A stretch of DNA of 64,000 nucleotides from Dehalococcoidia bacterium (GTDB lineage: Bacteria; Chloroflexota; Dehalococcoidia; SM23-28-2). The notes beneath the pieces were generated by a model. That model had not been told where the DNA came from and made no database searches. It saw only the letters and a program-made list of their open reading frames with translations. The first letter of the stretch is position 1. Each line of letters opens with the position of its first letter. The stretch lies in the NCBI GenBank assembly GCA_034429995.1, contig DAOUEZ010000033.1, positions 22,294 to 86,293 on the forward strand. The letters run 5' to 3'. Positions 1-8,711 of the stretch are shown here, one piece after another. Position numbers and translations under genes: made by a program.

Positions 1-116
1 ACCGGTCTACCCGACACTGCGAGGGAGGAACGCAGGCTATGTCCGCAGATGCGCTTGCCAGCCTTTCCGTCTGCGCGTACAATAGGGCCGCCAACTTTTA
101 GGTAAGGAGGTCAGTC

Positions 117-1505
117 ATGCGTAACCGGGGAAGGAAACTCGCTCTCTCGCTTCTGGCGGGCACGCTTGCCCTGGGTCTGGTAGCCTTGATCTGGGCCATA
201 GGGATCGGCTCGTCAGAAGCCCAGCAGGACGCCATGCAGAACTGCCCCCAGGCAGGCAAGTGGGCGATATCGGTCTGGAGCGGCGATGACGGCACCGATG
301 CTGACCAGGCTTTCGCCACCTGCAATGAAGCCGGGGTGGCCGCCGCCTACAGCATCGACGCCCAGGAGAACTGGTTGGGGTGGTTCGCCGACCAACCCGA
401 CATCAGCGAACTAACTACCCTGGACGATATGCAGGGCGTCATAGCCCTCGGAGGCACAGAAGTTCCCGCCTCCCCAACGCCCAGCCCGACGGCTTCGCCG
501 ACCGTACCCGACCTCGCGGCGGGCTGGACGAAGATCGAGCCGGGCGGCGACACCATCTGCTCGCTCGGCACACCGTACGCCTACTACGTGCATCCGGGCA
601 CGGTCAACCGCCTGGTGGTCTACTTCCAGGGCGGTGGTGCCTGCTGGAACGACTTCACCTGCTCGAACCCGGACATATACTTCGACAACACCGTGGACGA
701 GAGCGACAACCCGGAGAACTGGACGGAAGGGATCGGCGACCTGGACAACCCAGACAACCCCTTCAAGGACTGGTTCTTGGTTTTCGTCCCTTACTGCACG
801 GCGGACATCCACTGGGGGGATAACACCCAGACCTACACGATAGGGGACGAGGACACCACCCTCTATCACAAAGGGTTCGTGAACGTCAGCGCAGTTCTGG
901 ACTGGATTCAGGCCAACTTCGAAAAGCCGGAAAAGATCTTCGTGTCCGGCTGCAGCGCGGGGAGCTACGGCTCCGTCATGGGCGCTCCCCACATTCACGC
1001 GCTCTACCCCGACGTGTCCCTCTACCAGCTCGGCGACGCGGGCGCCGGCGTGGTCACCGACGATTTCTTCGCAAACTGCTTCCCGAACTGGGGTGCGATA
1101 GAAAACCTCCCGGACTGGATTCCGGCGCTGGACATTCCCTGGACCGAGATTACGATGGCCAAACTCTACACCGCGCTGGCAAACTACTACTCTGACGACC
1201 GCTGGTCGCAGTACAACACGGCCTACGACGAAGCCCAGATCTTCTTCTACGCCGCTATGGGCGGCGACGCCGGCGACTGGAACGACCTCATGCTCGCCAG
1301 CATCCAGGAGATCCAGGACAGCGCTTCCAATTTCCACTCCTACACCGCCCCAGGCGCAATCCACTGCATCACCGGCGACGACATCTTCTACAGCCGCGAG
1401 GTGGAGGGCGTCAAGTTTCACGACTGGGTGGACGCCATGGTCAACGACGAGGCGTGGGACGACGTGATGTGCACGGACTGTGAGACCGACCCCGAGGCGC
1501 AATAA
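117..1505 (+). CDS. Secreted carbohydrate esterase of the pectin acetylesterase (PAE/Notum) family. Has an N-terminal signal peptide, a ~75-aa two-Cys module of unknown function, a P/T/S-rich linker, then the catalytic domain.
   Basis: AGGAGG RBS 8 nt upstream of ATG. Hydrophobic signal peptide (LALSLLAGTLALGLVALIWA). Motifs 'YFQGGGACWNDFTCS' and 'GCSAGSYGS' (GxSxG nucleophile) match PF03283 PAE-family signatures. PT-rich linker 'ASPTPSPTASPTVPD'. Confidence 0.6.
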   Translation: MRNRGRKLALSLLAGTLALGLVALIWAIGIGSSEAQQDAMQNCPQAGKWAISVWSGDDGTDADQAFATCNEAGVAAAYSIDAQENWLGWFADQPDISELTTLDDMQGVIALGGTEVPASPTPSPTASPTVPDLAAGWTKIEPGGDTICSLGTPYAYYVHPGTVNRLVVYFQGGGACWNDFTCSNPDIYFDNTVDESDNPENWTEGIGDLDNPDNPFKDWFLVFVPYCTADIHWGDNTQTYTIGDEDTTLYHKGFVNVSAVLDWIQANFEKPEKIFVSGCSAGSYGSVMGAPHIHALYPDVSLYQLGDAGAGVVTDDFFANCFPNWGAIENLPDWIPALDIPWTEITMAKLYTALANYYSDDRWSQYNTAYDEAQIFFYAAMGGDAGDWNDLMLASIQEIQDSASNFHSYTAPGAIHCITGDDIFYSREVEGVKFHDWVDAMVNDEAWDDVMCTDCETDPEAQ

Positions 1506-1586
1506 ACTCGGCGTCTCTCGCTGGCAGGGTCCGTGCCCCTGAGCCAGTCTTGACAGCTACCAGCCCGCCCTTCCATTGAGGAAGGA

Positions 1587-2675
1587 CTACGACGAGGGGT
1601 CTGCGGGCAGGGGCTCCGGCATGGCCAAGCCGAGTTCGTCCGCCAGTCGCTGTAGCGTACCCACCACCGGCGGATGGAGGGGGATGCCCTTGGCCAGCCG
1701 CTCCTCGCGGGCCTCGAATTCGCGCTGGCCGGCGACTAGCACGCGTTCGGCCCCGGCTACGGTCGGCGCGCTGCGAAACGTCCGGAGCATCTCGTCCATC
1801 ATCGCCTTGAACTCCTCCACCGGACGAAAGCCGTCGACCCGCAGGGCGCCGAAGAAATGTCCCACCTCATGCTTGATGTAATCGATGTGGAGGCTGTAGC
1901 CGAGCCCGGGCAGAACACCGCTGAGGATATCCACCACCATGGCCAGGTCGTAACCTTTGTAGGAGGCGCCTTCAGGCGTCGAGCCCAGGGGCAGCAGCCA
2001 GCCTATCCTCATGATCCGGGTCATGTCGGTCGAGGGGTTGCCCTCCTCATCCGCCCCCCAGGTTGGGGGAATCGGCTTGCCCTCCTTCCTGGCCATCTCG
2101 AACTTTCCGTGGGCGGCGGCGCTGGTGGCCATATCCAGTAGGAAAGGGTAGCCGCTGCCGACAGGTACAGCCACGGCAATAGGGTTGGTACCGAGCATAC
2201 GCCCTCGCCCGAAGGTGGGCGCCACGAAGGGAGGGCTGTTGGTGGAGGCCAGGCCGATCATGTCGTAGGGAACGGCCATCAGCGCATAATACCCAGCAGC
2301 CCCGTAGTGGCGACTCCTGGTCACAGCCACCATGCCCGTGCCGCACTCCTTCGCCTTCTCGATGGCGATGGACATCGCCCGATAGCCAACGACAGGGCCC
2401 AAGCCGCCATCGCCGTCCATCAAGGCCGTCGAAGGGGTCTCATGCACGACACGGATGTTGGGGCGGGGGTTGACCAGCCCCTGCCTAAATCCCAGCGCGT
2501 AACTGGGATGGGTCATGAGGTGAGCGACCCCGTGGGATTCGATACCCATCAGGTCGGCCTCCACTAGGATCTTCGCCGCCAGTCGGGCGTCGTCAGGCGG
2601 CACATCCATCCGCTGCAGGGCCTGGTCGACGAAGTCGCTCAGACTGGCGGCGGAGAATCGCTGCAAATCAGACAT
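1587..2675 (-). CDS. Ldh_2 family (malate/L-lactate/sulfolactate dehydrogenase type 2) NAD(P)H-dependent oxidoreductase.
   Basis: Translation 'MSDLQRF...MGIESHGVAHL...RSRHYGAAGYYALMA' matches the PF02615 Ldh_2 core. Start placed at the internal ATG (2673-2675); the long ORF N-terminal extension is Arg/Gly-rich and improbable. Confidence 0.7.
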   Translation of the reverse strand: MSDLQRFSAASLSDFVDQALQRMDVPPDDARLAAKILVEADLMGIESHGVAHLMTHPSYALGFRQGLVNPRPNIRVVHETPSTALMDGDGGLGPVVGYRAMSIAIEKAKECGTGMVAVTRSRHYGAAGYYALMAVPYDMIGLASTNSPPFVAPTFGRGRMLGTNPIAVAVPVGSGYPFLLDMATSAAAHGKFEMARKEGKPIPPTWGADEEGNPSTDMTRIMRIGWLLPLGSTPEGASYKGYDLAMVVDILSGVLPGLGYSLHIDYIKHEVGHFFGALRVDGFRPVEEFKAMMDEMLRTFRSAPTVAGAERVLVAGQREFEAREERLAKGIPLHPPVVGTLQRLADELGLAMPEPLPADPSS

Positions 2676-2710
2676 TGGGCTTGCTCCTTTGGCCGATGGC
2701 GGATGCCGCC

Positions 2711-3517
2711 CTACTGGTACGAGGGGCCGCCGGCGGCCCCGGCTTCGCCTCGACGAACCGCCCGTACGTCTTCCCCGACCGCTCGGGCCATGGCGCCGGA
2801 GTCGGAGGAGACCAGAACCATACGAAATCCCTCGGCGATGCGCTTGGGTGCGGTCGTAGCGCTGGAGTTGATGCCAGCCACAACGTTGTGGCGCCGGCAC
2901 GCCTCCAGGATGCGCTGGCGCGCTTCGGCATAGGCGGGCAGGTCGCCGTCCATTTGCGGCGGCAGGCCGAGGGAGATGCTCAGGTCCATCGGCCCGATGT
3001 AGACTGCATCAACGCCGTCCACGCTGAGAATCTCGTCCAGGTTCTCGAGGGCGGCCCTCGTCTCTATCTGGGGTATGCAGGACAGCTCCTGGTTGGCGTA
3101 GGCAAAGTAGTCCAGGCCAGCGTAATAAACGGCGCGGATGGGGCCGAAGCTGCGAATGCCCTGAGGCGGATAGCGGCAGGCAGCGACCGCTGCCTCGGCC
3201 TCTGCCCGGCTGTTCACCATGGGCACTATAACTCCGTAGGCTCCTGCGTCCAGCATCTTCATGATGATAGCCGAATCGTTCCAGGGCACGCGCACGAAAG
3301 GGGTTGTCGCTGTGGTGGAGATGGCCTGGAGCATAGCCAAGGCCGTGTCGTAGTCGATGAGCCCGTGCTGCATGTCGATGCACAGCCAGTCGAGGTTCTG
3401 GTGAGCCATCACCTCGGCCGAGAAGCCGCCCGGGATCATGAGCCAGCCCCCGAGCGCCGGTCGGTCCTGCTGCCAGAGCCGCTTAACCGCGTTCTCGCGC
3501 ATGTCTCCTGCCCCCAA
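2711..3517 (-). CDS. HpcH/HpaI family 2-keto-3-deoxy-acid aldolase. Alternative start at 3502 (MRENAV, preceded by AGGAG).
   Basis: 'LMIPGGFSAEVMAHQNLDWLCIDMQHG...VRVP...GAYGVIVPMVNS...IETRAALENLDEILSVDGVDAVYIGPMDLS' matches the HpcH/HpaI aldolase fold. Tandem with the downstream Ldh_2 gene on the same strand. Confidence 0.75.
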   Translation of the reverse strand: MGAGDMRENAVKRLWQQDRPALGGWLMIPGGFSAEVMAHQNLDWLCIDMQHGLIDYDTALAMLQAISTTATTPFVRVPWNDSAIIMKMLDAGAYGVIVPMVNSRAEAEAAVAACRYPPQGIRSFGPIRAVYYAGLDYFAYANQELSCIPQIETRAALENLDEILSVDGVDAVYIGPMDLSISLGLPPQMDGDLPAYAEARQRILEACRRHNVVAGINSSATTAPKRIAEGFRMVLVSSDSGAMARAVGEDVRAVRRGEAGAAGGPSYQ

Positions 3518-3853
3518 TGAACCGCAAATAGCTGTTCATTCCTTAGCACCCCAACGAACGGGTGTCAACTCTGTTCTGCGACGCCGCCAGAGCCAGCCCG
3601 TCCAGAGCGTGCGTCTTCCTGGGACGCGAGTGCCAGTGTATAATCGTCGACGTAGACTAGGCTAGACCGCTTCCCGCCGTCGGGCTTAGCCGGTACCGCC
3701 GGCATGGCGTAGTCGCCGTGTCAGTCCCGAGGAAACCCGGGGAGGCTGTTGAAAGACGCCTCGTTCGCCCTTCGACAGGCTCAGGGCGAGCGGCCCTGAG
3801 TTGGTGTATGCATCTCCGCTCGTGGTGAGCCCGTCGAACCATGAACGGAGACA

Positions 3854-5131
3854 ATGGATATTTTCAACAGCCTGCGGGAGTCACAGGAGGAGGCCATGAA
3901 GATCAAGGTACCGCAGCTTCTCTGGTACGACAATAGCGAGCTGGAGCTGGATTTCCCTGACTCCTGGGACGTTCACTTCTTGCCCCCGAAGGGCCACGAC
4001 CGGCCAAGGCTGAGCCGGCAGGAGATAGAGCGAGCCTTCGCCAATCCCATCGGCACGCAGCGCATTCGCGACCTGGCTCGGGGCAAGAGCGAGGCGGTCA
4101 TCATCTTCGATGACATCACCCGCCCCACCCCGACAGGTGAGATCGCTCCCTTCATCCTAGAGGAACTGAAAGAGGCGGGCATCTCTGACGACCATATCCG
4201 TTTTGTTGTTGCCCTGGGCAGCCACGGCGCTCACGACAACCACGCCCTGCGCAAGAAGCTTGGCCAGGAGATTCTGGAACGCTTCCCCGTCTACAACCAC
4301 AATCCCTGGGAGAACTGCACGCCGGTGGGCACCACCAGCCGTGGCACGCCCCTGGCGGTCAACCGAGAGGTCATGAACTGTGACCTCAAAATCGGCATCG
4401 GCTGCATCCTCCCCCACCCTCAGGTCGGCTTCGGTGGCGGAAGCAAGATCATCCTTCCGGGAGTGGCCCACATCGACAGCATCGCCCATTTTCACAGAGA
4501 GGTCATGGCCAGCGCTCCCCAGACCACGGGCATGGGAAACTATGACGACAACGTCATGCGCTTCGACGCCGAGGAGGCTGCCAGGATGGCCGGCCTCGAC
4601 CTGACGGTCGACGCCCTGTTCAACATGCGGGGGGAGATCTCGGCCCTGTTCGTGGGGGATCCGCCGCTAGAGCATCAAGAGGGAGTGAAGCTGGCCAAGG
4701 AGGTCTACGCAACAGAGGGGCTCTCGGGCGCAGACATAGCGGTGACTAACGCCTTCCTCAAGTCTAGCGAGACGGCCATTTCCATCTTCGTTGCCATACG
4801 CTCCATCAAGCTCCCAGGGGGCACTATAGTGATGATCATGAACGCGCCGGAGGGCCAGATCATCCACTACCTGCTCGGCAGCTTCGGGAAAACCTACGGC
4901 GGCAGACAATACGTCCAGCGGACGATACCGTCCGCATTCAAGGTCATCGTGCTCAACCCTCTGAAGGACTTGACCTGTGTCGACCTTTTCGGCGACGCCC
5001 AGTCCGTCACCTGGGCCAAGGACTGGGGCGAGGTGGTGGACGAGCTGCGAGCCAGCTATCCCGATGGGGCCAAGGTGGCCGTGTACCCCGACGGCACCAT
5101 GCAGTACCTAGTGGGCACCAAGCCCAGCTAG
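3854..5131 (+). CDS. LarA-like nickel-pincer-cofactor racemase/epimerase family protein (DUF2088 N-terminus).
   Basis: 'KIKVPQLLWYDNSELELDFPDSW...AVIIFDDITRPTP' matches the LarA N-terminal architecture. 425 aa is typical of the LarA family. No larBCE in the window. Confidence 0.65.
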   Translation: MDIFNSLRESQEEAMKIKVPQLLWYDNSELELDFPDSWDVHFLPPKGHDRPRLSRQEIERAFANPIGTQRIRDLARGKSEAVIIFDDITRPTPTGEIAPFILEELKEAGISDDHIRFVVALGSHGAHDNHALRKKLGQEILERFPVYNHNPWENCTPVGTTSRGTPLAVNREVMNCDLKIGIGCILPHPQVGFGGGSKIILPGVAHIDSIAHFHREVMASAPQTTGMGNYDDNVMRFDAEEAARMAGLDLTVDALFNMRGEISALFVGDPPLEHQEGVKLAKEVYATEGLSGADIAVTNAFLKSSETAISIFVAIRSIKLPGGTIVMIMNAPEGQIIHYLLGSFGKTYGGRQYVQRTIPSAFKVIVLNPLKDLTCVDLFGDAQSVTWAKDWGEVVDELRASYPDGAKVAVYPDGTMQYLVGTKPS

Positions 5132-5206
5132 CGCCCTGGGTTGTTCTATCACCGAGTTGCAGCGACACCCGCGCGTAGTATGCCATCTGGAGTGAGACCC
5201 CCTTCG

Positions 5207-5340
5207 ACAGCCTCAGGGCAGGCTTCGCTACGCTCAGGGTGACAGCATGGCCTGGCGTCATTCTGAGCGGAGCGAAGAATCTCAGCGGCGATGTGGGCAA
5301 AATGGCGGGAGCCTGTCCTGAGCGAAGCGAAGGGATGCGT
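5207..5340. repeat. Cluster of three copies of a ~20-nt motif YCTGAGCGNAGCGAAG, one inverted. Forms a 15-bp imperfect hairpin (5225-5281) between convergent genes; possible bidirectional terminator.
   Basis: 5226-5241 'ttcgctacgctcaggg' is the reverse complement of 'ccctgagcgtagcgaa'. Direct copies at 5262-5281 'tctgagcggagcgaagaatc' and 5314-5335 'tcctgagcgaagcgaagggatg'. Lies between the stop of the + gene (5131) and the stop of the - gene (5407). Confidence 0.5.
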
Positions 5341-5406
5341 CGCCACATCTTGGAGACAATACAGCCTGGATTTTCGCCCCCCGGCGGCGCTACCGTTGGC
5401 TCAGCG

Positions 5407-7692
5407 TCAATATCGCTGATCAAACCAATCGTAGACGACCCTCGATAACTGCGCGCCGAAGATATACGCCGCATACTCGGAGGGCATCGCCTGCGACAGG
5501 TAGGAGATTGCGTAGGCGATCTGCTTGCCTCCTCGTTCCATCGTCACGATTCCGACGTCATTGTAGACCCAGCCGTCCCAGTCGGGGTGGTAGCCGATCT
5601 TGTGAGCGACCCTTACCTCCGGCGGAAGAAAAAGGGGCAACACATAGTTCAACCCTGGCTTAATATCGAGGAGACGCTCAATGGTATAGGCGGTCCACTC
5701 GGCTGAGAACAGTTCCCCTCGATAGAGCTTGGCCAGTACCATGTTGGTTTCCCTGGCGGTCAGGATGTTCGGCCGCCAGTCTGGCCCCGGATAGAACGGC
5801 ACATAGCCATAAACAGAGTCTCTCATCCCCCAGCTCTGCATCAGCTCGTTGGCTCTTCCCACGCCTTCCTCCAGCGATCCTTTGATGCCCCGGACAAAGA
5901 CCGCCACCTCTGGCGGTGAGCTGTGGCCAATGCCAATCTTTATCCAGTAAGCCCAATCCTCGGGCTTCGCCCTCCCGGCTTCGAACTCCTCCACCGCCAC
6001 GAACAAGGCAAACATGTTGATGGTGCAGCCCGTCCTGTGCAGCGCATCGCCGTTGACGCAGATCGCTTCGCCCGTCTGAAGGTCGCTTACACAAATGGCC
6101 ACGTCGCCGTAGTAGTTGCGGATCCTGTCCTCCAGAACGGCCTGCAGGGCCAGGAATTCCTCCGATACCTCCACTTGGGGAGCTTCGGCCCCCGGCGCTT
6201 GCGGGGTTGGAATCAGAACGATCAGTGGCGAAAAGCCCCGCACGTAGGTCATAGTCGTAAGCTCAGGCCTTCCAGGGATAAACCGCTGCCAGGTGCCATC
6301 GACGGCCAAGCCATAAGCGACTGCGATCTGGTCACCCATTTCCCCTACAGCTACGGTGGCTTCCCTGCTCTCCCCCGAGTAGCATATGCTGTTCCACCCC
6401 GACGCCAGGACGAGATCACCGCCGGCCAGCGATGGCTCCTGCACCCAGGGGGCATAGTCGTCCGCCAAGACGAATAGCGCTTCATGGGGGCGAACAGTGC
6501 TAATGGTGCTCAAGCCCGGCCGGTCCGGGAACCAGCGGTCGTAGCGCCCATCAGGCCCCGGCCGGTAGACGGCCAAGACATTATCGGCGGCGCCTGCCAG
6601 GGCATCGGCCAGAGGCCGCTCATCGCCGAAGTAGCAAGCGTACGTCCAGCCAGGGACCAGCGTGACGCCGGGCATCCAGGAGACGATGGAGAGGCTGGCG
6701 CCGTCGGCGTGGGCCACGTAGACGCCGCCGCTGGCCAAGTCGACGTCAACCGCCGACAGGCCCCCGCCAAGGCCAACCGCCGAGGTCACTACGTTGGTAC
6801 GACCGTCAATAACCCACATGCGGTCGTCAGAGCTGCTACCCCCATAGATGCGACCGCTCGCGGAGTCGACCGCCAGGGCCTCGACCGAGCGGGGAACAGC
6901 GACAGAGTTGATAAGCGAGTTGTTGCTGGCGTCGATTACCAGAATAGTGCCGCCATCAGCGTCGCTCGCCTCCACAGCAGAGGTGGCAACGTACACTCGA
7001 TTGGAACCGCTATCCACCGCAACGTCCCAAGCCCCAACAGGCGAACCGCTAGCCAAGGGCAAGCTAGCAATCAGCAGGTTAGATACCCCATCCACCACCG
7101 CAAGATCGCCGCTTTCGCTACTGGCCACGTAGACGCGGCCCCGGTCGGGGTTCACCGCCACACCTGTCGGCAGATCGCCCACAGCCACGGTGCCGATGAC
7201 AAGATTGTGACGGCCATCGATGACCGAGACAGTGCCGCTACTGCGATTAGTAACGAAAACGCGACCCGTATTAGGGTCGACTGCCAGGTCCCAGGGTTCC
7301 TCGCCTGCAGGGAGAGTGGCGACGACCTCATTGCTTTCGCCATCTATCACCGTCACCTCGTTGCTCCCGCTGTTGGCGACGTAGACCCTGTTCGCCCTCG
7401 CATCGGCGGCTACGCCACGAGGAGCGCTACCTACCGGAATAGTAGCGATGACACTGCCGCTCGCACCGTCAATGACCGATACGTTCTCGCTCTCGGCGTT
7501 CGCCACGTAGATGCGGTTGGTGCTGGAGTTCACCGCCAGGGCCACGGGCTGGGAGCCATCGGGCTCCAGAGTGAGCGTGGTCACCAGGGCTGCGTCCTCG
7601 GGATAGGCAGGCTCGGCGGGGATAGCGGCCCCTACCACCAACAGCGCGAGGCCGACCAGAGCTAGCGCCGCAAACCGTGCTGCGAGTGCCAT
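5407..7692 (-). CDS. Secreted multi-domain protein. N-terminal signal peptide, ~6-7 YVTN-type beta-propeller repeats, and a C-terminal class-A beta-lactamase-like (PF13354-like) domain with a non-canonical active site.
   Basis: Repeated 'RVYVANSGSNEVTVIDG'-type blades. C-terminal 'VAHKIGYHPDWDGWVYNDVGIV' resembles the KTG/'AHKTG...NDxGIV' box of class A beta-lactamases. The S-x-x-K position reads 'GCTIN' (Cys for Ser, Asn for Lys). Confidence 0.55.
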   Translation of the reverse strand: MALAARFAALALVGLALLVVGAAIPAEPAYPEDAALVTTLTLEPDGSQPVALAVNSSTNRIYVANAESENVSVIDGASGSVIATIPVGSAPRGVAADARANRVYVANSGSNEVTVIDGESNEVVATLPAGEEPWDLAVDPNTGRVFVTNRSSGTVSVIDGRHNLVIGTVAVGDLPTGVAVNPDRGRVYVASSESGDLAVVDGVSNLLIASLPLASGSPVGAWDVAVDSGSNRVYVATSAVEASDADGGTILVIDASNNSLINSVAVPRSVEALAVDSASGRIYGGSSSDDRMWVIDGRTNVVTSAVGLGGGLSAVDVDLASGGVYVAHADGASLSIVSWMPGVTLVPGWTYACYFGDERPLADALAGAADNVLAVYRPGPDGRYDRWFPDRPGLSTISTVRPHEALFVLADDYAPWVQEPSLAGGDLVLASGWNSICYSGESREATVAVGEMGDQIAVAYGLAVDGTWQRFIPGRPELTTMTYVRGFSPLIVLIPTPQAPGAEAPQVEVSEEFLALQAVLEDRIRNYYGDVAICVSDLQTGEAICVNGDALHRTGCTINMFALFVAVEEFEAGRAKPEDWAYWIKIGIGHSSPPEVAVFVRGIKGSLEEGVGRANELMQSWGMRDSVYGYVPFYPGPDWRPNILTARETNMVLAKLYRGELFSAEWTAYTIERLLDIKPGLNYVLPLFLPPEVRVAHKIGYHPDWDGWVYNDVGIVTMERGGKQIAYAISYLSQAMPSEYAAYIFGAQLSRVVYDWFDQRY

Positions 7693-7824
7693 AAGGCAGA
7701 CTGCCTTTTCATATTTGAGCGAACCGAGAATAACCCCAGAGCCTTTCTTAACGAATTGACAACGGTTTTGAAACAGTCAGACAATAGCACGTCAATTTAT
7801 CAGAAAGGAAGGAGACATGCTAGG

Positions 7825-8520
7825 ATGCAATACAAGACTATCTTGGTAGAAAAGAAGAACCATATAGCGATTCTCACCCTTAATAGACCGGAGAAATTGA
7901 ATGCCATGAATCTGGAGTTAAAGAACGAGCTCTACCACGCCCTGGATGAGTTGGAGGCTGATGATGATGTTCGAGTTGTAATTATGACCGGGGCTGGGAA
8001 AGCTTTTTCATCAGGCCATGATATGAGCGCCCCTCCTTCCGAACTACCGCAGTTCGTAAGTCTCAAGGAAGAAGAGAAGCTACTCAACCTTGATAAGCCT
8101 GTAATAGCAGCAATACACGGGTATACTCTGGGCGACGGACTTCAACAGGCATTGTTGTGCGATATTATTGTCGCCTCGGAGAATGCTGTCCTTGGTTTCA
8201 TAGGGGCTCGGGTAGGGGGGCTGTGTTATGGCTCCTTCTCGGTTGTTCCCGCTGTCGTAGGCAGGAGTAAAGCCAACGAGCTGCTCTTTACCTGTGACCA
8301 GATAAGCGCCGAAGAGGCTCATAGAATCGGCCTGGTGAACAAAGTGGTACCCCACGAGCAACTTATGCCCGCAGTCTTAGAGATGGCCGAGAAAATCATG
8401 AAATCCCCACCGCTATCGATAAAGTATACCAAGCGTGCGCTGAGGACGGCGTTGGTTAATCATGCTCACCGCAGGGCCCTGGAGGACGGATGGCGTGCCA
8501 TCCTAGAGGCCAGCAGATGA
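7825..8520 (+). CDS. Enoyl-CoA hydratase/isomerase (crotonase) family protein. Lies in a low-GC segment.
   Basis: 'HIAILTLNRPEKLNAMN...VRVVIMTGAGKAFSSGHD' is the crotonase fold signature. RBS 'aaggaaggag' precedes ATG 7825; the upstream in-frame extension was rejected. Local GC is clearly lower than its flanks. Confidence 0.8.
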   Translation: MQYKTILVEKKNHIAILTLNRPEKLNAMNLELKNELYHALDELEADDDVRVVIMTGAGKAFSSGHDMSAPPSELPQFVSLKEEEKLLNLDKPVIAAIHGYTLGDGLQQALLCDIIVASENAVLGFIGARVGGLCYGSFSVVPAVVGRSKANELLFTCDQISAEEAHRIGLVNKVVPHEQLMPAVLEMAEKIMKSPPLSIKYTKRALRTALVNHAHRRALEDGWRAILEASR

Positions 8521-8711
8521 AAGAGATGGTTCAAGCCTCCAGCCTGATGTTGCCTACGTGCTCGGCGCTGTGGCCAATGACCAAGGTCAGGAGGAGCTTA
8601 GCGAGGGTGCCGGATACACCCCAGGGCATGGTCATATCCTTGGCCAGCAGCTCGTCTGAGCTGGGACTATCGTCCGGGGCGAAGTTGCTACTGCGTCGGC
8701 TGAGCAGCAGC

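Noticed and set aside
411-1502. 363-aa minus-strand ORF antisense to the PAE esterase gene
   Set aside because: Arg/Val-rich, low-complexity translation typical of an antisense frame in high-GC DNA. The sense-strand gene has clear family motifs and an RBS.
5239-5448. 69-aa ORF 'MTAWPGVILSGAKNLSGD...' in the 5131-5407 intergenic region
   Set aside because: Its sequence is produced by translating the YCTGAGCGNAGCGAAG repeat cluster. Treated as repeat/terminator region, not a gene.
6484-7665. 393-aa plus-strand ORF overlapping the YVTN/beta-lactamase-like gene
   Set aside because: Antisense high-GC artefact with no recognisable domain. The opposite strand has signal peptide, repeats and domain motifs.
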